From contig CAZRBB010000001.1 in the NCBI GenBank assembly GCA_964598205.1, positions 28,199-92,198 on the forward strand: 64,000 bases of DNA, written 5' to 3'. Shown here piece by piece: positions 39,787 through 49,126 of this stretch. Every line of letters starts with the position of its first letter. Position 1 is the stretch's first letter. The notes under the pieces are model-generated. The model had not been told where the DNA came from. It worked only from the letters and a program-made list of their open reading frames with translations, and ran no database searches. The translations under genes were made by a program, and so were the position numbers. This DNA is from an uncultured Candidatus Saccharibacteria bacterium. GTDB taxonomy: Bacteria > Patescibacteriota > Minisyncoccia > CAIUEV01 > JAHKAQ01.

Positions 39787-41193
39787 GTGCAAAAAACAGA
39801 AATCAAAACTTTAATCTTTTGGCTTTTCTACTGCCTCTGCTGTTTAATTTTAGGGGCGGTTTTTTCTTTTTCTCTTTCCGCCGGAAAAATAAAAGGGATT
39901 GTTCCCGTTGTTTCTTTTAAAAATTCCCAAACAATTCTTCCCGATGGAGAAATCAAAGTGGAGTTTGATCGCCCAGTCAGAAAAGAAGAAATAGAAAAGA
40001 GCTTTAAAACAACCCCTTCCGTTCCTGGGAACTTGGTTTGGAAGAATGATCTCTTTGGATTTTCCTTTATACCTAAGGAAGTTTTCCAGGAAGATCAAAA
40101 ATACTTAGTGGCCTTTTTTGGAATGAATAAATGGTTCATTCCTTTTGGCGGAGAATGGGAATTTAAAACAGGATCGCTTCCCAAAATAGAAAGAGTCTCT
40201 CCTTTTAAGGGGCAGGGAGTAAAAAATGATGAAAAGATTTTTGTAAGATTTGACCGCCCAGTTCAAAATTACGAAGCGATTTTTAAACTAACACCAGAAA
40301 CTGATCTAGGAATTATTAAAAGTGATGACAACCAGGAATTTGTTTTGGTTCCTAGGCCGGAGCTTAAAAGCGCTACTAAATATCAGCTAGAAGTTTCTTT
40401 GCGCTATAAATCGTCTAAAGAAAATAATAACGAAAAGGTAGTCGGCAATTTAGAATTTTCCACCTTTGATCCCCTGCAACTTACGGGGAGTTTACCGGTT
40501 AATGGATCTAAGAATGTAATCTTTAACCAAAAAATATCCTTATCGTTTAATTGGCCGGTGGATTTGGAAAAATTTAGAGAGTACTTAACAGTTTCTCCGG
40601 AAAGCTTGTTTAAACTGGAACAAAGTGCCGATGGAAAAACAATTTTTATTAAACCAGAAGGATTAAAGCACGAAACCGATTACGAAATAAAAATCAGGAA
40701 AGGATTGGCGACCAAAGAAGGTGGGTATTTAGAAGAAGATGCGGTGGTGGCTTTCCGGGTGGGGATTTTGGGAAGCGTAGTTTCGTTAACCGCCAGAGCT
40801 ACAGAAGATCCAGCGGTTAAAGAGGGGAAGTTCATTGATGTTAATCTTACTCGCCAGTTACTAGATATTTATAGCAGTGGCGTGGTGTTGGGGACTTATA
40901 GAATTTCTTCTGGTAAAAGTGGTATGCGGACACCGACGGGTCGGTTCACCATTTTGACCAAAGAAAGAAGGCACTGGTCTCGTCAATACAAGCTCTGGAT
41001 GCCATATTCCATGCAGTTTACCAGCGCCGGCCACTTTTTACATGAATTGCCAGAATGGCCAAACGGCTACAAAGAGGGCGCTAATCATTTAGGAATTCCT
41101 GTAAGTCACGGTTGTGTCCGTTTGGGTGTGGGTCCAGCAGAAACTGTTTTTAACTTTGGCGATATCGGCACGCCGATAAAGGTTCATTACTAG
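39787..41193 (+). CDS. L,D-transpeptidase with tandem Ig-like domains
   Basis: Three Ig-like repeats (V.FDRPV) and C-terminal YkuD domain (TPTGRF, HFLH, SHGCVRL). Confidence 0.88.
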   Translation: MQKTEIKTLIFWLFYCLCCLILGAVFSFSLSAGKIKGIVPVVSFKNSQTILPDGEIKVEFDRPVRKEEIEKSFKTTPSVPGNLVWKNDLFGFSFIPKEVFQEDQKYLVAFFGMNKWFIPFGGEWEFKTGSLPKIERVSPFKGQGVKNDEKIFVRFDRPVQNYEAIFKLTPETDLGIIKSDDNQEFVLVPRPELKSATKYQLEVSLRYKSSKENNNEKVVGNLEFSTFDPLQLTGSLPVNGSKNVIFNQKISLSFNWPVDLEKFREYLTVSPESLFKLEQSADGKTIFIKPEGLKHETDYEIKIRKGLATKEGGYLEEDAVVAFRVGILGSVVSLTARATEDPAVKEGKFIDVNLTRQLLDIYSSGVVLGTYRISSGKSGMRTPTGRFTILTKERRHWSRQYKLWMPYSMQFTSAGHFLHELPEWPNGYKEGANHLGIPVSHGCVRLGVGPAETVFNFGDIGTPIKVHY

Positions 41194-41228
41194 GGAGCTT
41201 GATTCTAACTAAAATTAGTTCTTCTGTT

Positions 41229-41303
41229 TGGAGCGGGTAACGGGAGTCGAACCCGTCTCTCCACCTTGGAAGGGTGGAATAATAGCCACTATACGATACC
41301 CGC
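41229..41303 (-). tRNA. tRNA-Gly(TCC)
   Basis: Reverse complement GCGGGTA...CCACC-CT-TCC-AA-GGTGG...GGTTCGACTCCCGTTACCCGCTCCA. Confidence 0.95.
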
Positions 41304-41384
41304 TTAGGTAGACTCATTATCAATGTGGAAAAAATAAATGTCAACACTTTGTTTCCCTCCTCCCTATTTGCTAAAATTAAAGAG

Positions 41385-42833
41385 ATGAAAAAAAAGCGGT
41401 CCCCAAAAAAAGCAAAATCAAAGTCAAAGCCAAAAGCCAAATCTCCTGCGCCTTCTGTTTTTAAAAAGAACATTGTTTTTTTAATTCTGGCAATCTGCCT
41501 GATCGCTGGTGGCATATTTCTTTTGGCAAAAAACCATCCGTCCTCCCCAAATTTTCCACTTCCTGTTCCCCAAAGATCCAAAGAAGCGATTTTGGAAGAC
41601 GCCAAAAAAGGAATAGAGAATCGTAAGCGCGACTTTACCGTTTCTAAGCTTAGGCCAGGAAAAACTTACGAATTAAAACAAGTGACCCAAAAATTTCCTT
41701 TTGGAACAGCGCTTTCTTTTAATTTATTATTTGCGCCGAAGGTTTTTTCTAAAAGTCACCCTAGCGGCTACCAAGCAATCATGGACTATCCCGGTGGCTA
41801 CCTTAGCGCTAAAAAAAATTACTTAAAAATATTTCAAGAAAATTTCAACGGTACTACCCCTGAAAACGCCTTTAAATGGGAGTTTATGAATTCACAAGAA
41901 AGAACCGACTGGCGCATTACCGATCAGGCACTGGGCTTTGTAAAGAAAGATCCCGTGCTTTTAGAAAATTTTCGCGGTCATTGTGTTTTTTGGAACAGAA
42001 AAGTTCGCCTACCAGATTATTTACAAAACGCTTCCCAAGAAGAAATAAGAGAAGCAGTTTTTTCCCAAAGGCTAGCCATGATCAAGCGCTATCCCCAAAT
42101 CAAAGAGTGGGATCTAATCAATGAACCAATTATTCGCCCAGCTTACCTTAAAGACGGTGTTGATCACATGGAAGTTGTTTTTGATCCCCAAAAAGACCTT
42201 GATTTTTTTGTTTCTCTTTTTATTGAGGCTCGGAAAATCAATCCCCAAGCACGATATTTTGTTAACGAAAACCTACTTTTAAGTGGCAAGAATACGCCAA
42301 AGATTATGCAATTTGTAAAAGCGTTGACCGAAAAAGGCGCCAAGCCAGACGGTATTGGTATAGAGGGGCATTTTTCTTCCGATTACAATCCGTTCACCTT
42401 AGAAACCGCCGAAAAGAATCTAAAAGAACTGGCCTCCTTGGGGCTTCCTCTAAAAATAACGGAATTAGATTTTCCCCGTTCTTCTTTTTTGGGGAGTGAA
42501 GATCCTGAGCAAAAACGCGCCACCTATTTAAAAGAAATGCTGACACTTTTTTACGGTACGCCTCAAATAGAAGGTATTTATTTTTGGGGATTTGCCGATC
42601 CGGTTCACTGGAAAGGCAATGAAGGTGCTGGCTTGTTTGATTCTGAATTAAAAATAAAAATAGCAGGCGAAGAATTTCAAAAACTGACCCAAGAAGAATG
42701 GGTTACCAAGGAAACCAAAACCGCCGAAGATAACGGAATCATCAACTTCCGCGGCTTTCCTGGCCGTTACCAAATTATAGATCAGGCTTCTGGGAGAAAA
42801 GTTAAAGAAGTAGTCTTAGAGGAGGCTCCTTGA
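41385..42833 (+). CDS. Membrane-anchored glycoside hydrolase family 10 (xylanase-like)
   Basis: TPENAFKW, RGHCVFW, WDLINEP (acid/base), DGIGIEGH, ITELD (nucleophile), FWGF.D; N-terminal TM. Confidence 0.88.
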   Translation: MKKKRSPKKAKSKSKPKAKSPAPSVFKKNIVFLILAICLIAGGIFLLAKNHPSSPNFPLPVPQRSKEAILEDAKKGIENRKRDFTVSKLRPGKTYELKQVTQKFPFGTALSFNLLFAPKVFSKSHPSGYQAIMDYPGGYLSAKKNYLKIFQENFNGTTPENAFKWEFMNSQERTDWRITDQALGFVKKDPVLLENFRGHCVFWNRKVRLPDYLQNASQEEIREAVFSQRLAMIKRYPQIKEWDLINEPIIRPAYLKDGVDHMEVVFDPQKDLDFFVSLFIEARKINPQARYFVNENLLLSGKNTPKIMQFVKALTEKGAKPDGIGIEGHFSSDYNPFTLETAEKNLKELASLGLPLKITELDFPRSSFLGSEDPEQKRATYLKEMLTLFYGTPQIEGIYFWGFADPVHWKGNEGAGLFDSELKIKIAGEEFQKLTQEEWVTKETKTAEDNGIINFRGFPGRYQIIDQASGRKVKEVVLEEAP

Positions 42834-42921
42834 TTATTATCTTGGTAGTTTCTTCGGACAGACTAAGAGCCGTGTCTGGCAGAAGAAACTACCAAGATAA
42901 TAATCGGGAGTATCATCAAGC

Positions 42922-43950
42922 CTATTCCAGCCCCTTTTTAATCAAAAACCTGGCCTTTCTAATTTCTCGTTCCATTCTCTCTTTATCTTTCAATAGAAAG
43001 CGATTGAATTTTTTCCGTGTTTCTTCTGGCAAAATTGCAATGGCCTCTTTTATTTTTAGAGCCAAATCTTGGGAGTCTCTTTTTTGGGAAAAGATGGCGA
43101 TTTTAGAAAAGTAATGCCTTAGGGCGCCGGTATCGGTAGTAACAAAAACTTTTCTTAGGGCCAGTGCTTCTCTAATTGACCAAAGAACCGTTTTATTTCT
43201 TAGGGTTAAGCACAGCGCTACTTTGGAGCGAGCCATTAGTTTTAAAAATTCTATATGCTCCAAGTAGCCAGTAAAAATTAGGTTCGCAGGCAATCCTTCT
43301 TTTTCTTCCGATTCTAAAAGACCAGGATCTCCGGTTATAAAAAAATCCCAGTTAGGATTATTTTTAGCTGTTTCCCTAATAGTAGGGAAGTCATCGTCGT
43401 TCGGAGCAAAGCGGTTAACCACTAAAACGGGAAAAGTTGATTTTTCTATTTTTGCCGCCAGCTTCTTATTTTCTAATGGTTTCCCCAGTGCTCCTTTGTC
43501 CAAATCGGGTGTGGCAAACTGAACTTCTAAGGAAGGGACTTGCCAACGCCGTAGAATTTGTAAGTCAAATTTATTATGAGCAGTTACTATAATTGATTTT
43601 CTAAAAATAAATTTTCCAAAGAAATGAAAGTGTCGCCATTTTTTGCTTCTAAAAAAAACAGAATGATTATCTACTCCGAATTTAGTTTTTGGATAAAAAA
43701 AGGAAAAACAAGAAACAATTAAAATCGGTAAGAGTGGAGGATTTTGAATAAAAACGAATCTGGGCCGTTCGCGGAAAAGCCACTTTATAGTGCGCACGCT
43801 CTGCTCAAAATACCGAACCAAAAAATGAGCCCCAGGATTTTTAGCCTGAGCCAGAACCACTTGCAAACCCAATGCCAAAGCCAAGTTCCGGCTGAGTTGG
43901 TCTTCTCGTGGCCAAATTAAAAAGCATTTTTTATTCTCCAAAATTTTCAC
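42922..43950 (-). CDS. Glycosyltransferase (GT-B fold)
   Basis: IQNPP, NLIFTGYL, IREALALRKVFVTTD. Confidence 0.75.
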   Translation of the reverse strand: MKILENKKCFLIWPREDQLSRNLALALGLQVVLAQAKNPGAHFLVRYFEQSVRTIKWLFRERPRFVFIQNPPLLPILIVSCFSFFYPKTKFGVDNHSVFFRSKKWRHFHFFGKFIFRKSIIVTAHNKFDLQILRRWQVPSLEVQFATPDLDKGALGKPLENKKLAAKIEKSTFPVLVVNRFAPNDDDFPTIRETAKNNPNWDFFITGDPGLLESEEKEGLPANLIFTGYLEHIEFLKLMARSKVALCLTLRNKTVLWSIREALALRKVFVTTDTGALRHYFSKIAIFSQKRDSQDLALKIKEAIAILPEETRKKFNRFLLKDKERMEREIRKARFLIKKGLE

Positions 43951-45181
43951 GGAAGCAATTTTTAAATATTTCTAAGTACTTAGAAGAAGTTTGGGAAGAA
44001 GAATACTGATGCCGAAAGCTAAAGTCAATTTTTTTGCTATTCAAATCTTTCAAGCTCAAATTGGCTAAAGCCACCGGCCAATCCTCATAACTAAGGGCAA
44101 TCCCGGCCTGGTATTTTTTAATGATTTTCGCGGTTTCAAAAACATCACTATTTACAATGATTGGTAAAAAACTTCCCCAGTAATCGGTAATTTTAGAAAA
44201 AAGCGTAATGTTTTTAAATAAAGCTGGCTTTGCTAGGCAGATGCCAATGTCCCCGGCCGAAAGGTAGTAATAGCGCTCACAAGCGGGGAACAGGGAGATG
44301 GCATAATCCCTTTTTTCTTCCAAGCCTCTTTCCTTGGCCCACTCTTTGATTCTATTTTTTAAGCCGGCGGATTCCGGTCGTGCGTTGTCTTCCTTGCCAT
44401 AGATTTGAAAAAAGATAGTCGGGTCTTGTTTTTTTAAGGCACAAATCACATCTAGCATTTTAGGAAAATCGTACCAAACTTCTAGCGCGCCAGCGTAAAT
44501 CACTACTTTTTTCCCCACAAATCCAAGTTTTTTTCGCCAAGCTTCCCGGTCCCAATCTTTATCAGGCAAAAGCGCTTCTTCAAAATAATTAGGAATCGTT
44601 ACGATTTTATTTTTTAAACTTTTATCGCGGTGCAATTCAACTAAGTGTTGCCCCAAGAAAGGAGTCTCTACGCGGGTCAAATAAGATTCTTTGATTCCTT
44701 TTTTTTCTAACCATTTAATTAGTGGTCCGTACAATGTATTTTTTAAGCCACCATAGTAATGGCGCTTAGCCCAATAAGCAGCGAGTGGGGAATAAACAAA
44801 GGGAATTTTTTTAGTTTTCTTTAAAATTAATGCCACCGGAATAAATTTGTAGCTCAGAAACAAAAGAACAGTCGGTGTTCCAAAAGAACAAAGAGGATTT
44901 AGGATTTTTAAGGCTTCTTTGGTAAAATTAACAATAGTGGGAATAGCGGTAAAACGAGAAACAAAAATAGAATGCCATTTAATGCCAGCGGTTCGTAATT
45001 CTTCTTCCGCCTCCGCCCGAAACTTTTCTTGAGCACTAAAACCGCCTCCTCGTGTTTCTATTAAGTGCGTTTCTATTCCCGATCTTTGAGCCGCTTTTAG
45101 GGTAGCGTACACAGTGGATTGAGGCTCTCCGTTAGAAAGAGGCATTTCCACCAAAGCGATTAGGCGTTTTATTTGAGGCAT
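43931..45181 (-). CDS. Glycosyltransferase family 4-like
   Basis: IPN, IYAGALEVWY, GDIGI, SKITDYWGSFLPII. Confidence 0.8.
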   Translation of the reverse strand: MPQIKRLIALVEMPLSNGEPQSTVYATLKAAQRSGIETHLIETRGGGFSAQEKFRAEAEEELRTAGIKWHSIFVSRFTAIPTIVNFTKEALKILNPLCSFGTPTVLLFLSYKFIPVALILKKTKKIPFVYSPLAAYWAKRHYYGGLKNTLYGPLIKWLEKKGIKESYLTRVETPFLGQHLVELHRDKSLKNKIVTIPNYFEEALLPDKDWDREAWRKKLGFVGKKVVIYAGALEVWYDFPKMLDVICALKKQDPTIFFQIYGKEDNARPESAGLKNRIKEWAKERGLEEKRDYAISLFPACERYYYLSAGDIGICLAKPALFKNITLFSKITDYWGSFLPIIVNSDVFETAKIIKKYQAGIALSYEDWPVALANLSLKDLNSKKIDFSFRHQYSSSQTSSKYLEIFKNCFRENFGE

Positions 45182-45273
45182 TTTTTTTAAATAATAGAAC
45201 TACACCCAAACGCGCAAGTTCAGAATAGGATCCTTACTGTTATGATAGCGGATAGGGTGGTAAAATTCAATCA

Positions 45274-46749
45274 ATGATAAAAGATCGCAACCGAAAAAAA
45301 GCTTACCTTTATTTCTTGATTCTTTTTGTTTTTGGCTTACTTTCTTTGCTTGGGTTTGGTTTGTTAAATTTGAACGAGCGTTTTCTAATTATTACTTTTC
45401 TCTCTTCCGCACTGCTTCTTTTAGCCTTTTTCCGCTTGGACTGGCTTTTATTTTTTGTAATCCTTTCTTTGGTTTTTAATCGTTGGCTACTTACTTACCA
45501 AATTGATTTTGGTTTTTTATCCCAATTTTTTGGGGTAAAAGAACTGTTAGTTAGTCCCTACACTTTAATTTATGGCTTAATAGTCTTTCTTTTTTTGGTG
45601 GAGTTTCTTAGTGCCCCGAGAAAAGTATTCAAGGCTCCACTTGTTTGGTTGATCGTTTTGGCCGTGGTTTTTAACGGACTATCTTTTTGGAAAGCTGAAT
45701 ATAAACTTTCTGGCCTTAACGATTGGCTATATTTTTTGGGATTCTTTGCCGCTTATTTTTTAGGGTTCTTGCGTTTTAATTCTCCTCGTGACTATTTAAA
45801 GCTCTTAATTTTCTTGATTTTAGCTGCGATAGTGCCTTTATTTTTTGCTTTTCGTCAATTAATTTTAGGAGACTTCTTTTACGAAGGCGATTCCGGACTA
45901 CCGCGCTTAATTGGTAGTTTTTTTCATCCCAACACTCTAGGCTCTTTTTTCTTAGTGGCAGTGACTGTTTCTTGGGCATTATTTTTAGCCAGTGTAGAAG
46001 GAGCTAAGGGGAATCATTTTTTTAAATCCAGTAAATTATTTTTTATTGTCTTTCTTTTATTTTTAGTCGGAATGGGATTTACTTTTTCCCGTTCTTCCTG
46101 GATCGGCGCCATCGTTGCCCTCTTGGTTGTTTCTTTTTCCAGACCTTGGTTTAAAAAGTTTTTTCTATTGGGTGCTGTTTTTTTAGCACTTACTATTTTT
46201 ATCCTAACTCCTTTGCGTCAAAGAGTAATCGAAGTTTTTCATCCAAGAATGTTCGACACGCTTCATTCCCGTTTTGAAATTTGGGATTGGGCCTTGTTCG
46301 CCTTCCGCGACCATCCTTGGACTGGTTATGGTTTTGGATCGTTCGAAAAGGTGGTTCAAGAAGTGCGCGGTTACGACTCCGGCAATGCTTATCCGCACAG
46401 TGACACGGTTTTATTTTTAACAGAGAGAGGCATTTTAGGATTTTTAGGCTATCTTTTCTATATGCTGGGTGCAATTTTTTACGCTTTCCGCGGCTATTTG
46501 CGGCCACCATTGGAAAAAAGAAGATTGAGTTTTTTTGGGAAAAGTCAGTTCTGGGATTTTAAAGTTTTAGGATCTATTCCTTTGGCGCTATTTGTGGCAA
46601 TGGTTCTAGTTTCTTTGGTAGAATCACCAGTTCGCGACTTTACTTTTCAATTCTTAAGCTGGATTCTTTTAGGAAGCTTTTTGGGTTTTTCCAGAAAGAA
46701 AAAGAAACGAGCTACCACCGAGGATCCATCAACCTTGCCGGCGGAATAG
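45274..46749 (+). CDS. O-antigen ligase / Wzy-family membrane protein
   Basis: Many TM helices; RLIGSFFHPN, TFSRSSW, R..IW, HPWTGYGFGSF, YPHS. Confidence 0.88.
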   Translation: MIKDRNRKKAYLYFLILFVFGLLSLLGFGLLNLNERFLIITFLSSALLLLAFFRLDWLLFFVILSLVFNRWLLTYQIDFGFLSQFFGVKELLVSPYTLIYGLIVFLFLVEFLSAPRKVFKAPLVWLIVLAVVFNGLSFWKAEYKLSGLNDWLYFLGFFAAYFLGFLRFNSPRDYLKLLIFLILAAIVPLFFAFRQLILGDFFYEGDSGLPRLIGSFFHPNTLGSFFLVAVTVSWALFLASVEGAKGNHFFKSSKLFFIVFLLFLVGMGFTFSRSSWIGAIVALLVVSFSRPWFKKFFLLGAVFLALTIFILTPLRQRVIEVFHPRMFDTLHSRFEIWDWALFAFRDHPWTGYGFGSFEKVVQEVRGYDSGNAYPHSDTVLFLTERGILGFLGYLFYMLGAIFYAFRGYLRPPLEKRRLSFFGKSQFWDFKVLGSIPLALFVAMVLVSLVESPVRDFTFQFLSWILLGSFLGFSRKKKKRATTEDPSTLPAE

Positions 46750-46803
46750 TTTTTAATTTATTTAGAATTTGTGTATAAGCCCCATTATTTTTAAATCAAT
46801 TTT

Positions 46804-47739
46804 ATGGTTAAAGATTCAAGCCAAAAAGAGGAGAAAAAATTCCAGCTAGGTTGTGATTACGAACGGATTGCCGCGTGGACCATGAGCAAAACTTGCAATT
46901 TTCAATGTGATTATTGTTTTTACAATTCTTCACAGATGGGTCTAGCCAAGAAGGCGGCCACAAAATTTCTAGAAAAAGCAACCTTTCTTAATCCTTATCG
47001 CACCCGAGTGATTACTCCAGAAGCGGCTAAAGATTTTTTTGATCGTACTGCTAAGCGCTGGTATTTAATTCTTTCTGGCGGTGAGCCTTTTATTTATCCT
47101 AAATTTACAGAAATTGCCGCTACTCTGACCGAACGCCATTTAATTACCGTGGCCACCAATTTAAGTCGGCCAGTAGAAGCTTTTATTAAAGCGGTTAATC
47201 CCAAGAATGTGCGCGAACTCTACGCTTCCCTTCACTTGGGCGAACGGCGCAAAATGAGTATTAAACTTTCGGTAGAAGAGTTTTTGGAAAAGGCAATAAA
47301 ACTAAGAGACGCCGGCTTTACGGTTAATCCCGACTTTGTACTTTATCCACCACTAATCAAGGAATATAAAAATATTTTTGCGCAGTTTAAAAAAGAAGGA
47401 TTTTTTATAGAAGCCAAAGTTTTCCGAGGTCTTTGGGATGGTCGTCGTTATCCGGCTGCTTTTACCAAAAAAGAACGCACCGATTTTTTAGCGTTTATTC
47501 CTCATCCAGTAGACCGCGCTTCTGCTTTTAATTCGTTATCTTTTAAGGGGAAAATTTGTTCGGCCGGTATTGATTTTTTCCGGATCACTCCCAATGGAAC
47601 CATTACTCGTTGCACCGATGATTGGGAAAAGATTGGTAATATATTTACTGGGGTTTTTAAGCCGCATGCCGTCTTAAAAAAGTGCCGATCCAAGGAGTGT
47701 GGCTGTACTGTAGCGCCGAAAGAGGGTTGCGTGATTTAG
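46804..47739 (+). CDS. Radical SAM protein with SPASM/twitch-like C-terminus
   Basis: CNFQCDYC, SGGEP, CSAG...ITPNG..TRC, C..KECGC. Confidence 0.85.
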   Translation: MVKDSSQKEEKKFQLGCDYERIAAWTMSKTCNFQCDYCFYNSSQMGLAKKAATKFLEKATFLNPYRTRVITPEAAKDFFDRTAKRWYLILSGGEPFIYPKFTEIAATLTERHLITVATNLSRPVEAFIKAVNPKNVRELYASLHLGERRKMSIKLSVEEFLEKAIKLRDAGFTVNPDFVLYPPLIKEYKNIFAQFKKEGFFIEAKVFRGLWDGRRYPAAFTKKERTDFLAFIPHPVDRASAFNSLSFKGKICSAGIDFFRITPNGTITRCTDDWEKIGNIFTGVFKPHAVLKKCRSKECGCTVAPKEGCVI

Positions 47740-47749
47740 CAGAAAACAA

Positions 47750-47816
47750 AAAACTGCTAAAGAAAAAGAGTTTTTTGTTGTCCTAGAATCAGGACACTAT
47801 TTTCTTTAGCAGTTTT
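47750..47816. terminator. Long bidirectional hairpin between convergent genes
   Basis: 17-bp perfect arms AAAACTGCTAAAGAAAA/TTTTCTTTAGCAGTTTT with inner TGTCCT/AGGACA. Confidence 0.65.
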
Positions 47817-47883
47817 GAAATTGCCTATTTAAAGGGAAGCCGACGGAGGCAATAATCCCGCACAGTTCCCTGGCTACATTGAG

Positions 47884-48852
47884 CTACCAGATTACGCTCA
47901 TGTAGCAATTTTCTACCGCACAGGCATACGAGCACCGGCCGGTGGTGAGACTTGTGGTCAGCTCGCGGGCCTTGATCAATGCTTTTCGAAGCAGCCCATC
48001 AAGCCGTTCCTTTGTCCCGGTCCAGTTGCAAACCCCAACCTGTACCTCTTTGCCAGGGGCCCAATACTTAACCGTTACCAAATCTTGAGCACCTGCATCC
48101 TGCCCATAAATCACGCGGTATTCCTCAAGCCGCTCTTCGCCGATCTTGGTCCAGGCGCTTCCGATAGACGAAGTCTTGGGGCAGTCATCGCCAACGCAAC
48201 CGCCGGTCCTTGGCGCGTAACCAGTGCCCCCACTTCCGCCCGCATGACCGCCAGACCGTACGCCCTTGCCGCCAGATCCTCCGCTTCTTCTGCCTTTAAC
48301 ACCTTCGTCGCAGAGATTGGATTGCTTGGCAATCAGGAGATCCGTTTCGATTTTTTTTGCCAATATCAGGTCGGCCTCAATTTTTTTTGCGGTGATCAGC
48401 TCTGCCTCGATTTTTTTGGTATGGACTGATTCCGCTTCGAGCCGATTCACTTTCAGGCTGGGCTTCCGATTGGCATAGTACGCCTTCCGCAATTCCCGAC
48501 CCTTCTTTATCGCTATTTCCATGTCGTCCCGTGTTGTCGGGTGCCGCAACACCATCCCCGCCGGTAGGTTGTCCACCTGGGAAATGTTGAGCCCAGTATG
48601 CGCGGCAACGACCCACGCATTCCATCCTACTTTGTCGGAGTAACCCATCAGGGTTGCCCCGCTCGGCAGAGTCCCCTCGGCGATTACGCCCAGGGCGTCT
48701 ACAATGTTTTGCGTGTCCCCAGCAATCTTGTCCAGTTTTTCTTCCATGCGATCCAATTGATCGCTGTTCCCCAAGGCCAGAACTTCGGCCGTGGGTGCCC
48801 CTGTCAACGCCAACAAAAAAATCCCCAATACTACCAATGCCAGTTTTTTCAT
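47884..48852 (-). CDS. Secreted protein with LysM-like domain, 10-aa repeats and Gly-rich linker
   Basis: Signal peptide; PSGATLMGYS..G....V...TG.....DNLPAGMVLRHP; KKIEAELITA/KKIEADLILA/KKIETDLLIA; SD GAAAGGAAGG; visibly GC-richer than flanks. Confidence 0.7.
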   Translation of the reverse strand: MKKLALVVLGIFLLALTGAPTAEVLALGNSDQLDRMEEKLDKIAGDTQNIVDALGVIAEGTLPSGATLMGYSDKVGWNAWVVAAHTGLNISQVDNLPAGMVLRHPTTRDDMEIAIKKGRELRKAYYANRKPSLKVNRLEAESVHTKKIEAELITAKKIEADLILAKKIETDLLIAKQSNLCDEGVKGRRSGGSGGKGVRSGGHAGGSGGTGYAPRTGGCVGDDCPKTSSIGSAWTKIGEERLEEYRVIYGQDAGAQDLVTVKYWAPGKEVQVGVCNWTGTKERLDGLLRKALIKARELTTSLTTGRCSYACAVENCYMSVIW

Positions 48853-48916
48853 GTTGCCTTCCTTTCATTTCATTCTCTTGTTGTTATTGTTCTTTCATTG
48901 TCTTTTTTCGCCTTTG

Positions 48917-49026
48917 GTCAACTTAACCAAACTGCCGTCAATTACAAATTTAAAACTACGAACAACAAAAAAATCCGCCATTCGTAATTTTAAATTCGTA
49001 ATTGAGCGTAGTTCGGTTAAGTCGAC
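48917..49026 (-). other. 110-nt hairpin, strand-asymmetric (G-U pairs on minus strand)
   Basis: GTCGACTTAACCGAACT/AGTTTGGTTAAGTTGAC and CAATTACGAATTTAAAATTACGAATGGCGGA/TTTGTTGTTCGTAGTTTTAAATTTGTAATTG. Confidence 0.75.
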
Positions 49027-49126
49027 TTTCTAATTTTTAAAGATCGTTCCTGTCCTCCAGCTTTGGGTAAAAAATTTTCACCCAAGGCCGGAGAGAGGAG
49101 AAAAAATCTCCCCTCTTAGTATGTTT

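Noticed and set aside
48377-48868. 163-aa overlapping ORF on the same strand, plus antisense ORFs at 48085-48987
   Set aside because: Expected in a locally GC-rich gene; the SD and signal peptide support the 48852 start, and the alternative products have no recognisable features.
48917-49026. Integron attC site (ACTTAAC ... GTTAAGT matches RYYYAAC/GTTRRRY)
   Set aside because: The two matches are one event because the element is palindromic. The spacer next to the R box is paired instead of unpaired, there is no clear L-box extrahelical base, the better-folding strand is the sense strand of the flanking genes, and no second attC or integrase is present.
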